Below, one piece after another: positions 1 to 12,114 of a stretch of 64,000 nt of DNA. The position numbers and the translations under genes were made by a program. The notes under the pieces were generated by a model, which saw only the letters and a program-made list of their open reading frames with translations, ran no database searches and was not told where the DNA came from. Position 1 is the stretch's first letter, and the number at the start of each line of letters is the position of its first letter. This stretch comes from Amoeboaphelidium protococcarum X5 (Eukaryota > Fungi > Aphelidiomycota): positions 714,533 through 778,532 of the forward strand of contig JALDTO010000208.1 of assembly GCA_023515725.1 (NCBI GenBank), written 5' to 3'.

Positions 1-1347
1 ATTCAGCCATTGCTTAGAACCGCGATTCTATTCGCCCCATTCTGAAGCGTCGATGCGTTTACCCAAGTAATAGAATCCATAGTACCAAGCAATAAAAAAG
101 TAGTACAATGACGGCAAACCAAAAATCATTGGCCAATACAGCAGTTATCCAGCACTTGAATATGCGCTGTACACGCAGGCTGCGTAAATGACAAGCATAA
201 CCGATAAAAGTGTCCAAAAACGCTACTGTCTCAGCTTTTAGTCAACGCCTTCATAGGTTGCTATAATTCCAGCATTGTTCTTTAATGCATGCTACTAATA
301 CTCTTCCACTGACCAACCATTCAGATAACGTACAACAATAGGTAGTCCCCAAAAGGTAGACATCATAAACAGGAATACAAAACTGAAGAAGAACATTCTG
401 TACAGCAGACCATCCATAATACCCTGGAAGAATGCAACAACTGTAGCATGCAATATTATCCACATTTCAAGAGCAAACGCGGTCCAGTACTTGTTCTTAT
501 GCTCCCTGTGATACAACATTGACGACTGCCAGAATAGCAAGAAGATATGAATGAATCCAGTCATGTGGGCAAATGTGCTCTCAAAGCAGTGATACCAGAA
601 CGTCAGAGTTATTCCGAAAGATGCCAGGTAACCATGATACTTGCCAGTGAGATCTGCAAAAGACACAATCTTGGACTTGCCATTCGCTGGAATCCAAGTG
701 AAAACCAAACCGCGACGTCTGATCTCAAAGATCATTGGCATAATTAGAGATGTGACACCTGCAAATAGAGTACTGATCTCCGGGAAACTAGCAGCAAGTC
801 CATCATAAAAGAAGTATCCTTGGACATAATGCAATAGTGCGAATGCAACGTTAAGCTTGAGCATAGACAGAGCGTATGGGTTCCAACCAGATTCAAACAA
901 GGAAGTCCACTCCAAATCACCGCGTTTATGAGCGCGACGTGCCTGGGTCAGAATGTAGAACTATCCAGTCTGATGCAATAAATAGCAAGTCCAAGGTGTG
1001 ATAATACTAAGAAAATTGCGCTTCAGCAGTCTAAATGGGTACTCAAAAGGGAATGTAGTACCATAGATCACAAAGCGACCAAAACCAAGTTGTCCACGTG
1101 CTGGAGCGCCGTTAGTCAGATCAAGGAGCCATTGCCTCAAGTCGGAACCATTAGGAGCATTAAGATAAGCAATCACCACTGCAGAAACAATACTTGACAG
1201 CATCAACACTCCAAATGACAGCTTCACTTGAACGCCTAAAACATTAATAGACGCAGACGAGTACCGTGTCCACAAGTCATTCGCAAACACTTCCTTAGGT
1301 TGTTGGGACTTTTGCTCGGATAACTACTACTTCACCGCTGTAACCAT
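1..1347 (-). CDS. Multi-pass membrane protein, uncharacterised conserved family (3' end outside window)
   Basis: ATG at 1347. Track ORFs 961-1290 and 295-915 are in the same frame and join through TAR codons; no TGA up to the window edge. Many hydrophobic segments with His-containing motifs (YLLHQ, LHYVQ..FYDGLA, KYHGY, FWYHCFE, HMTGF). Confidence 0.8.
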
Positions 1348-1522
1348 TGTCAATTGTGCAAATGTTCAAATTTTAAGTTTCAAAGTAAATAAAGAAGATA
1401 CACCTGTCCGCCAGTCCTGATTAAATGCGCTTTGGGAACGACAATTTTAACTGAGACAACGTAATACCGCGTGGTTTCAGCCACTTTAAACATCACAGAT
1501 TCTAACAACAACGCCGCCACTT

Positions 1523-1538
1523 AGAGAGAGAGAGAGAG
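1523..1538. repeat. (GA)n microsatellite in upstream/intergenic region
   Basis: agagagagagagagag tract; similar purine tracts occur in other promoter regions (e.g. (CT)n near 56652-56672). Confidence 0.8.
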
Positions 1539-1731
1539 CCAAGTGAAACTCGTTTAAAGCAAATCCACAGATACAACGTAGCATTTTAATTCGTGTTTTA
1601 CTCAGTAAAAGTTACAATACAAAACATTTGAAAGTCATTAAGAGCAATATATTTGAAATGTGCAATACTGAAATGTCATTTCGTCAGTAAACAGAGATTC
1701 ATCAATCAACGAACAGCTTGAAACATCCGTA

Positions 1732-2556
1732 TCAAGGAGGAGGAATACGAATAACAACGTCCATACCAAAATGATCACTCAGATAACCACCTTGGTAATA
1801 CTTGTCTCCCACGAGTTTGTGCTCTAAGGCTGCCAGTTCAGAGGACAAGAGAACGCGATCAAAACGGCATTGAAACTGGAACGCGCCATTTCCGTGGTAT
1901 CGATTCTTGAAACTATTCCACGTGTAGAACGGTTTTAGACCACCAGATGTTGTATCTAAATCATCAACAATATCGTGTAATTCCTGATTTTAACTTTTAG
2001 AGAGTCTCAGCATAGTCTTCACCTCATCAGCTCGTACGTTTGCATCTCCTGCAACGATCAGATGTTTGACTTTCAATTAACCGTTCCCGTTAGCATCACT
2101 GAGAGGCAGTTTCAGAATATTCGCCATCTGCACAAGCCTTTCCTGACCACCCTCTTTGAACGGAGCGAAATGCACAGCTGCTATTCGTATGAGTTACGTC
2201 TCACCTTGAGAACTATTAGCTTCATCATCAGTCAGATCAATCGCGAATGGGTATTTAAAATCGGCGACTACTGCGCAGTCCATCTCTCTTACCTCCTTAA
2301 GAGAGCTTTTAATTAAACGATTCACCAGCAGTACGCATTACTCGCAATAAGATGTTACCTGACCGACCAATTGATAATCAGTACGGTTCAGAATGAGCTA
2401 AATCAATACTGAAGTGGCTTCCTGCAGACAAATCACGTCAGCGCCGCTACCTGCCAATATATCCACAATTTTAGAGAGTTTGTGAGATAAAGATATTGAG
2501 TGTTGTTCGCTAACATTCCACGCGCTAACATTGTATGTTACCAACCGTAAATCCAT
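1732..2556 (-). CDS. Endonuclease/exonuclease/phosphatase (EEP) family protein, TDP2-like
   Basis: With TAR=Gln, one 274-aa ORF with EEP motifs LVTYNV, DVICLQE, IVAGDANVR, RFDRV and YLSDHFG; ends in TGA. Confidence 0.85.
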
Positions 2557-2701
2557 CCTCTTTAAATCTGGTTATCGATAAACTACTAAAAGACGATCGG
2601 GATTCTCTTGACACCGATTGATCAGAGTGACATGAAATTGAATAATGATCAAACATAAAACGATTTGTAAATTCGCATAATAATATATTCATGAGCAGGA
2701 C

Positions 2702-5227
2702 TCAGTTCTTACTGAATAAATCATATTTTTGTAGGATATGAACTAATTAATCCTTCTTAAAAGGCTTTCCATACACATCATTAAAGGCGGCCAGCGAGTC
2801 AATCTCATACTGATCATTGTGATTTTAGTTTACCAAGTTGGCAGTTATGGCGACAACAGGCAAATCTGATTTTCCCAGTCCAAGCTCATTCCTAATCAGT
2901 TCGATAGCTTCAAATCCTGTCATTACAGGCATCTATATGTCCATCAACACTAAATCATAATGTGCACCTTGCTTAATTAAATCTACAGCAGATCGCCCAT
3001 TGTCGGCTTCAGTGATATTAGTAAACTCTATGCTCTTGAGCATTCGCACGATAATGGCTCTATTAATCTAAGAGTCATCAACGACAAGAATAGCTTTGTT
3101 CTACGAGATTTATGTTCCAAAATCATTGGATAAATGACTATCACTCGACTTTTATAAAGACTCAGTTGATTAAGGATTGTTCGCCTTGTTCAGCAAGCAG
3201 TATTCAACAGGTATAGTGATGGTAAACGTGGATCCCTTGCCCACCTGACTTTAAACATCAATAGTACCATGCATAAGATCTACAATCTACTTTACAATAG
3301 AGAGCCCAAGTCCAGAGCCTCCAAATACCCTTGATGTGGATACGGAAGCTTGTGCATAAGGCTAAAATAGCCCATCCACTTCTTCCTGTGACATTCCTAT
3401 ACCAGTATCTCGCACCTGAACAATAAAATCAATATAATGGCCAGGCGATGATTATGATAAGGATGATGCAACAGAAGTCAAGCTGCACACAATTTGACCA
3501 CCAGACTGAGTAAACTTGGCCGCATTGGACAACATATTCAAAAGGATCTGCTAAAATCTAGTCGGATCTATTAGAATATGAGCGGGAAGACCATCAGCAA
3601 TTCTCAAATCAAATTCGACGCCTTTCAATTTTAGCTACTCTACAATAGGCTTTACAATCTTCTGAGATAATTCTCGCACGTCTGTGGGTATAGAATCCAG
3701 CTGAACTTTACCACTCTCAAATTTTCCACTATCCAAAACATCATTAATCAAATTTGACATGTACTCGGTAGACACTTTGATAGCCTGCGTCATTGACTTG
3801 AAGTCCTCATACTTGACAACTGTTCGAGACTCTACATCTGAATTACTATTATTATCAGTATTAATGTCGGTCTCGTCGTGAATAAATTCAACCATGTTTA
3901 ATATTGCATGCAAAGGATTCCGAAGTTCATGACAGAGAAAGCTCATAAATCGAGTCTTTTACAAGTTACTCAACTCGGCTTGCTACTTGGCTATAAGAGT
4001 CTCCTGGTATGCCTTTCTTTTCTCCATCTGAATAGCGGCAAATGCCAATGCTGTAAAGAATATCACCAGAACGAATATCATCAACTTTATAACCTTGAGC
4101 ATGACTTGATCAAGTTGTTCCTAAGTTCCCGAGTCCGCAGAACGTAGTATAACGTATAATCCACTGCAACCGAGTACACAATTGCTTAGCTTGTAACCCA
4201 AGTGTCCAATAAGCAGACCACATGCAATGACCAATGGGAAACAGAGGAAATGCGCCAAATAGTTTACGGTGTCTCCATAAAATAGCGTAGTGTTAATAAG
4301 TAGCGGAGGTATAATGATTTCAATCACAACGATGGTGGTAATTATACACAAGACTGCAATCACTCGCAACCTACGGCGCCAAAGCTTATTCAAGTTTGTA
4401 GCTTTGACCGTAAGAGCGAGTGGAGCAAAGAGGAAGACACCGACAAAGTATGAAGCTGCCAGCTTCACAGTGTATACAGTCAGATCATATTGCTCGTAGT
4501 ACTTCTCAGGCTCAAAGTATAGCTGCCAACCAGCACAAGCTCCAACCACAGCAAGTCCCGATATGATAGACGAGGCGACAAATACAAAAGCTATCCTCCT
4601 CTCAGCCAACACAGTCCCTTATTGCGCCGTTGAATAACGAGATGATGCCCAAAGCAGGGAGAGTGCAAACATATAAACAATCCACGTCTTGGTGAGACAT
4701 ATACAAAGACTACTAACAAATGGATTCCACACCACTGTTCTTATAAGCAGAGCACTGAACAGAAAGAACAAGGCTATTACTAAGCGCTTAGACGTATTCT
4801 CTCTGATCAACCGCTGCTTCTCAGCATCGTCATAGTGCAGCTCCATCCGATATCTCGACCGATCAACAATCAAAATTATAACGACAAGCACCAATCCGGT
4901 GTCTGCCGGCCATATAGCGCCAAGATTAGCAGCGAACAGAGATTACCATAACATAAAGTAGGCCAGCTAAGCAAAGCAGCATACAACACCTATCATGAGA
5001 GCGTAAAAGTAGCCATGCAGCCGCACATCGATTCGATCGGTCCGCTTCTTTAGACGACCAAATTCAGCGAGACAGTGCTCACAGATAATCTTAAAATAGC
5101 TGGTAAACTTTGTAAAACGTCTCAAACTTCTAATAGACAATCGCTTAATCCTTGTTGGCTATATGACTCCACTTCTTTCAATAGATTCCACTTCAACAAT
5201 AGTCTAGTCACAGATATTACTCCTCAT
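2702..5227 (-). CDS. Hybrid sensor histidine kinase (multi-TM MASE1-like sensor, HisKA, HATPase_c, receiver)
   Basis: Single frame joining track ORFs 4619-4894, 4121-4612 and 3635-3946. H-box FLCHELRNPL, N-box NMLSNAAKFT, G-boxes DTGIG and GGSGLGL, receiver LVVDD...LMDI(TAG=Q)MP. 841 aa, TGA at 2702-2704. Confidence 0.92.
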
Positions 5228-5492
5228 TCTTCTCAATAAGCTTTCACCAATCAGTGCTGGGAAAAGGAGGTAATAAACAGAATGTAGATGACGAAATCGA
5301 AGGGCCAAATGATCTGGAAATACAATCAATATGACCCAATATAAACAAATAAAATTTGTATTGATAAGGAAATCTTTATCACTTTTCACTGAAAATACAC
5401 TTACGGGGATCAAAGCGCAGTGTAATAATGAAAGTCTAGATCCCGGGGAAGAGCGACGGGGCCCAGGCTTTGGTTTGTCGAGCATTTGTGAC

Positions 5493-6398
5493 TCAACGGC
5501 CGATTTGTTCCAGCCGATTGGACACCGATGATGACGCCACGCGGTCTGTTGCCTGATTAAAGCTGCCCGCACGACGGATAAATGGATGATTGTCCACATC
5601 TTCGGATGGAGATTTACAATCTTGATTGTTATTATTGGCAGACCATTAGTGCATCTATGTAAATGACTGTGGATACATTCCGCTACTGTTAATCTGCAAA
5701 TGTTCAGGAAACACGCCGTTGGCAAAATCCTCTTCAGTGTACGAAGCAGCGGTGTTCACATTAGCTCTACCATTTGTGAACTCGTTGATGACATTATCAA
5801 CGCGTTGCCAGAATTCACGCTCCATCACCATCATTCTCTCCATAGCGCGACGGGAATAATTTGCCAGCTCTTCTGAGCGCATAGATTCTTCTACCAGACT
5901 TTAGTTTGCTACCACCACTGAACCCCCCTGAGAATCCGAGTTGCGACGCGAAAAAATATCATTTGGGCCTCTGCCTGCTGTTTGAGGACGATCCTACTGC
6001 ACTGCTACCTCTACTGTTGTCTCATCCATTCTTCTCTCTTGACTCAATTGATCTTCCAAATGACTTGATATACGTTGATAATATGTTCTTAAATCATCGA
6101 TTTGAGAATCAATGTCTTCCAAAGTGACTTGATCGCTGTTTCTAACAGATAATCTACCCACCAATCGCTACGTAACAGCAGAAACATTATTCACCTCAGG
6201 ATGCGGTACGGTATCTTCAGCCATTTCAGCAGGTGTAGTTTAACGTTCACGCGACTACTCTACTTGACGTGGATCTGGCTCATTAAACGCGTCAGCATCG
6301 GAAATCAGCCTTCCAGTGTTGGGGTCAATAAACACATGGATTCTTGGCTGCTAAGTTGGCTAAGGCTATACCTCTGAGTTTAAGTTCAAAATTGCCAT
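5493..6398 (-). CDS. Hypothetical protein (301 aa)
   Basis: ATG-to-TGA frame containing track ORF 5655-5882; hydrophilic and low complexity; no recognised domain. Confidence 0.65.
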
Positions 6399-6622
6399 TT
6401 ATTTTCAAAGATATATGTATATTTATTTTGTGGTATTTGTTATTAGAAGAAGAAGTCACTTTAGATATCAGATGATGTTAATGCTAATCTAACAGGAGCC
6501 ACTTCTTCCCAAAATGGGATCATTCAATTGTGCGGATTCGCTTACTAATTGAATTTTCTATTCAAATCGAATCAAAATTGAATTGACAATATTTATAGCA
6601 ATTCAAAGATCAGCGTAATATA

Positions 6623-7210
6623 ATGTCTGACGTAGAGTCATAATTTGAAAGGTGGCATGAAAATATGCTGACATTGCATGAGAATATATAGGCTCACCAG
6701 AATGGCATTTAGGTATGATTCTTAATGTTAAAACTCAATTTCAATGATGTACAATTATATAAGTAATAAAAGACTTCTGTTATGTAGTCTGCCGCGTCAA
6801 AATTATCTATCGGATTTAAAGAGCTAAATATGCTGATGGATTCATAGCCTGCTTTGCACAGAATTAGCACTGAACGGCGGACGCGTGAGCATAGTGCAGC
6901 AAAGCTGTAGTAGTAAATTGAACTCTCATCCATGAAAATTACAGCTGATCAGTTGCATACGATGGCGTATAAATTGAACCGAAATTTAGCTTAAAACGAT
7001 AGCTAGCCGTCAATAAACGTCGTGGATGCTTCACTTTCAGTAGCCGAGGACGACGTGTTAGATAAAGTCATCAATGCTCCTCCTTCCAAAGGTCTGTAGT
7101 AGCAAAGTAGCAGCTCTAGAAGTCAGGCAAGTTATTAGAAATAATCGCTTGATGATTTATTATTTGAACCGTCTGAAGCTGAGAAGGCACTCATGAAACT
7201 CTTGGAATGA
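6623..7210 (+). CDS. Hypothetical coiled-coil protein (exons 6623-6712, 6788-7210)
   Basis: A GTATGA...TGTAG intron at 6713-6787 gives a phase-0 join; about 170 aa, ending in TGA. Confidence 0.6.
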
Positions 7211-7444
7211 ATTGAATTATAAATCTGTATTTTACGGAAATATTCAATATAACCTTCTATTTTATGAGATCAACCTTTATGACGATAATTAGGACATATT
7301 GAGATCTGCGTGAGTCATATCGCTGAAACGCGTCGCTTTCATTTTTCTGTTTTCATATCAAACCAATTCACAAAGCGTTCCATTCATCTTTCTCTTCTAC
7401 GTTATAGGCTTCTACGGTACTTTCGTTGATAACTAAAGAGAATA

Positions 7445-8773
7445 ATGAGCACGGGTAATAGTTATTAAAATTCTACTCATAATACAGAGGATGAAGAGGA
7501 TGGCGAATTTATGGATTTCGAGCTGGAATGGTCTGAAGAGTAAGCTAATAGAAGTCGGTCCTCATATGCATTTTATTCTGATATTTTCAATTTGGTTATT
7601 GGTTCACGTCCACAAAATAAGAGATTGCCTGATGCCGAAGATTACTATGGTAAATAAGCTGGTGGTCGCAGTAAATTGAGAGCATCTGCGCAAAAGATAT
7701 CAGATTCAATTAAATAGAGTCACGATCGGGTGCTGTTGAAGCTTAATCGTAAGGAGACAAAGTAGTTGACTGAGAAGATTGCATTCGTTCTTGGTGTCTC
7801 TATTATATGGATATGTGCATTTATTGTGGGCAAGTATCCGCAGCATATTTCTCTCTGGTATTCGCTGCATAGTATAGTGCTATTGACGATTAGGTGGTTC
7901 ACATACAAGCGGTAGAGTCTGCATTATTTCTGCTTTGACTTGTGCTACTTTGTCAACTTTCTCACCCTGTGGTGGCTCTATATATCTCCATAAAGCCAGG
8001 TACTCTATATGGCTGTATTCTGCTTGAGTCAGGGACCAGTGTTGTGGGCTATTCTGGCATGGCGTAATTCTTTAGTATTTCATTCACTTGACAAGGTGAC
8101 TAGTCTATTCATTCACATTGCACCATCTATTACTGTTTACACGCTTAGGTGGATGGATGACAATAGTGTGTCGTCAGTATCTCATGAATCGGCATCCTTT
8201 AGTAACTCCAGTGATATAGCGCATGATATAAGTGAACACCTTACACATGGCTCTAATCCCTTGTCGCAGTAGTAACACATGCCCTTCCTTGCCTCGATGA
8301 TATACTCATTGCTGTACTACATTCTATGGCAGACTTTGTATGTGATTGGAATATACATTGCGAAACAGGATAAAGTTTTGAATGGTGCTAGGATTACAAG
8401 TTATAGCTGGCTGCTGGATCCATCAAGAAATTAGAAAAGTAAGAATCTGATGTATGTTCTCTGTACACTTCCCGCTACTTCTGGTTCTAGTACTACTGCT
8501 GCTCCACAGTCGCCGTCGGATGATTCAAGATATGTTCATTTCAAGTAGTAGGCTCTGTTCATATTCTGGTAGTTTATGTACGCGATCTTAACGCTGATGC
8601 CCACATGCCTGTTTTACTCTAGTTTCTACCTGCACTCAGCCTTTCTTATTATTGTGCTTACTATCAGTATATGGAATGGTGCGTGTTATTATGTTGATGT
8701 ATTCTCTCGACGAGGCGTTGCTCATTCTAACCATCAGTCTCATAATGCTGCGAAAGAGGCCCATATTGACTGA
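7445..8773 (+). CDS. GPC1: Glycerophosphocholine acyltransferase (DUF2838)
   Basis: Motifs HYFCFDLCYFVN, GPVLWAILAWRNSLVFHSLDKVTSLFIH and WNGACYYVDVF in one frame of 442 aa. Confidence 0.9.
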
Positions 8774-8898
8774 TCAGTTAATGAGTCTTTAAATTCAAAT
8801 GGTTAATGATAGAGCAATAAAATTTTATTCAGATTCAAAATGTTTATTTCTATTAGATTATAATTTTGCAACTACTTCAATTACTCTGTTTATTAGAG

Positions 8899-10305
8899 TC
8901 AAAGGGAAGCATCGCGATCTTTTAGGTACTGATCAACTTCACTTTGAGTATGTAGAGGAGGATGATTTGATGGTGGGTACTACTCGGGCACCAACTTGGA
9001 GTCACAAGAACCAATAATTTGTCCATAATTCAACTTTTAACCTTCTTTAATACAAAATCTGAAATCTTTCGGCGCTTCAAATACCAAAATTATCGAGGAT
9101 CCCAAATTAAATAGTCCAACTTCATCCCCTTTGCGGAATTGTAATCCACCACTACCACCACAACTGTTCTAAACATTTTCACTCTAATCCAATTCATCAC
9201 TAACATGCAATTCAACATCTTCCTCTGGCGGATCAATCATGTCCATCATCTAGTCTGCCACTGACTCCTCTACATCTTCCTATTCATGATGCAACTTTAC
9301 AACCTTTGATCTCGGCTGATGATCAGTACGAACATCATCTTACTCTTACTCTTTAAAATCGTCACCATTGCTATTCTTCGTAGAACCGCAAAATGCCTTC
9401 TCCTCATATGAGCCAAACTTACCTTTAATCCACTTGTTGGTGCGGAGAGATTTATCAAATACCAGCTCAATAGATCCAACGTTAGTAGCACCGACCGCGG
9501 CCATAGCAAAGAAGCCATATCGCCAGTCGCCGAGCATTACGACGCGTTCATTGAGGACAAATAGACCACGCACCATCTTTATCACGGCGGGTGCGACTGA
9601 GAACAGACGTCCACCAAAATGCTTCAGTCTCTCAACCTGCCACTCTGCCGGCGAGTGGAATCTGTGATAATCTCCCGGTCCAAGATACAGGACGACGTGG
9701 TACAATCTATTATTGTCACTATCGAATGGCAGCGTATGATATCTGCTTTCATCAACCGTGTTGCTTCTTATTTGATTGGCAGATTATGACGACTTTAAAC
9801 TTGAACCAACACCTAGAAAAGCATCCATTGAGAATGTGACACCTTTAATCTGCTCTAGCGATTAGCCTTCTACCGGACCATAATGCAGCACTTTACAATC
9901 AGCAGGAGATACTAGCTCTGCTTATGGATGGACAGGTCGACAGCCAGGTCGGAGTCGCCGAGTGAAAAACTCTCCCAGATTTCGATACTCTACATACGGC
10001 TTCTGCATCTCCTCGGGGTGCCCATCGAACGCCTTCATCCATGAGGAGTATATGAATTCGCGCATAAATACAGGCAATTCATATTGATTGTTCACGTAGC
10101 CCCATAATCGACTTATAGATCGGAAAGGTAAGCTTTTCAGTACCAACACTTTGAGATCTGATGAAATGTGAGGCTCCACCTGAGAACGATCTCTATGACC
10201 ATAAACCAGTCCACGCTCCTTCTCTGCAGTATATTTAACACTTGCATACGTTATTAGGGATATTCCCACTGGAATAGACAATCGTTTTAATATCAGCGAA
10301 GACAT
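8899..10305 (-). CDS. PSD1: Phosphatidylserine decarboxylase, mitochondrial type
   Basis: Motifs [41 protein letters not shown] and the autocleavage site FNLGSS; single frame, 468 aa. Confidence 0.95.
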
Positions 10306-10416
10306 TCAAGATTATTTATTGAATATCTATTACAAGACTAAATTAAAAGACAAAGATCGGATCAGAACAAAAATGTAAGATGATTTTGATAATAATTTTC
10401 GTTGATTCATTCATAG

Positions 10417-12114
10417 TCACTTCATATCAGATTCCCCTGACTAACAGTCTGAAAGACGCGTAAAAGACAACACCAATTCAACGTGCGATGTCTGAGGAAA
10501 CATATCCACAGCCTGAGCAGATTCCATGACAAATTGATCAGATCTCACCTCTGGATACTTTTGCGTTCTATTACTAGACTTGCTCAGTCTCCACATTGGC
10601 TGAGTGAGATGAAGCCAATTCTATTTCGCAGCAGATGGATTACAACTCACATAAATTACGTTCTGGATGTACTTGCACTACTTGATAGCCTTGATGACTT
10701 TTTTGTGTACACCAGCTCTAGGAGGATCTAGTATGGCAATCACTTGATCCGTCTCTGGATCGATATCAACCTGATCAAGCAACTTCTCAATCGTGTCCTC
10801 AACAGGTCCGCAGATATAAGTCACTTTATCGCGGACATTATTCAAAGTCGCGTTATGTTCAGCATCCTGTATTGCGGGTTCACATAACTCTATTCCATAA
10901 ATGTGCTTGACATTAGATAATTAAGACATTACAATCCCAATAGTTCCTGTACCGCAACACAAATCCAAGATGACAGTCTACTTGCCATGGAGTTGCTTCT
11001 ACACGATGATATCCCCGACAGCTTTGTACAGAAGTTCACAAGTAATCGCATTGCTCTAATAGAACGCCATTGGACTTATTCTAAAATTAATCGCCTTTTA
11101 AGAACTCTGGTCCTCAACAGATAAATTACGCAGAGAATCATAAACGTATCCATCCCCGTGTAAAGTTATCAATGGCATATCACCAGTTAGAGCACAGTGC
11201 ATGTTATCGTTGATGGTATATTACACAGTTTTAACATTCTCTGTATGCTCAAGAAGATACTCACAATACTCCTTCATTAGCGCAAATATCTCAGCATCCT
11301 CAACAGAAACTTCGCGTTAGGATAACATCAGGATAACCATAATCTGCTAACCGCATTGATGGGATCTGACAATCAAATTTCTCCAAAATCCGCGGTTAGT
11401 ATCGCGACAGTATACCGGCAGGTGCGGTTTAGTATTAATGAACTACAGTGTAGCAGATGCAATCTTGATAGAATACTTGCACACATGTGGACATTGCGAG
11501 GCTTCAGATACAAATCGTCTGCCACTCTTATAATCACCAAGCATGAAACCAACACTATTCTGATCATTCACATCTTTGCCGATAGAGAACTCGCATTTAG
11601 TTCTATAGTGCTCGCGGGCATTAGATGGACTTTGGATGATATCACTGATTACACAATCTTTGAATTCAGACTATTACTGTATCAGCTGGGAGATGGAATT
11701 TTACTTTTACTCACACTACTATTCGTAAGGCTCTTCCCATAGAGGTACGGTACGATCATTGAGCAATTACCATTATTCGCGATTCTCAATTTCAACGATG
11801 GCTTTCTTATTACGGCGTCCACCATGAGATTATCCACCGCTATAAGGCCTCTTTCTTGAATCTAAACCCTCCGATACTTCCACTTGTAATTTGCCACCAG
11901 CGGCAGCATCAATACTTGAGAGCTTCTACTACGCGTCAGACATTTTCTCACTACTATCAAATTTGATAAATGCGTAATCCCAAGACGGTCTCTTCTTTAC
12001 ACTTAACGCATCCATAATTCCATGACTATTTATCAGAGTTTAGAATTCCTCCTACTTGATCTTTCCAACATTTTAGACGCGTAATTCAAAGACTTGCTCA
12101 CTATCTTGGGTCAT
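10417..12114 (-). CDS. TRM2: tRNA (uracil-5-)-methyltransferase TRM2/TRMT2A-like with N-terminal RRM
   Basis: Motifs YRTKCEFSIG, FRISPMAFY(TAG=Q)SN, LDLCCGTGTIG, DPPRAG, YVSCNP and VDMFPQTSHVE. Confidence 0.9.
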
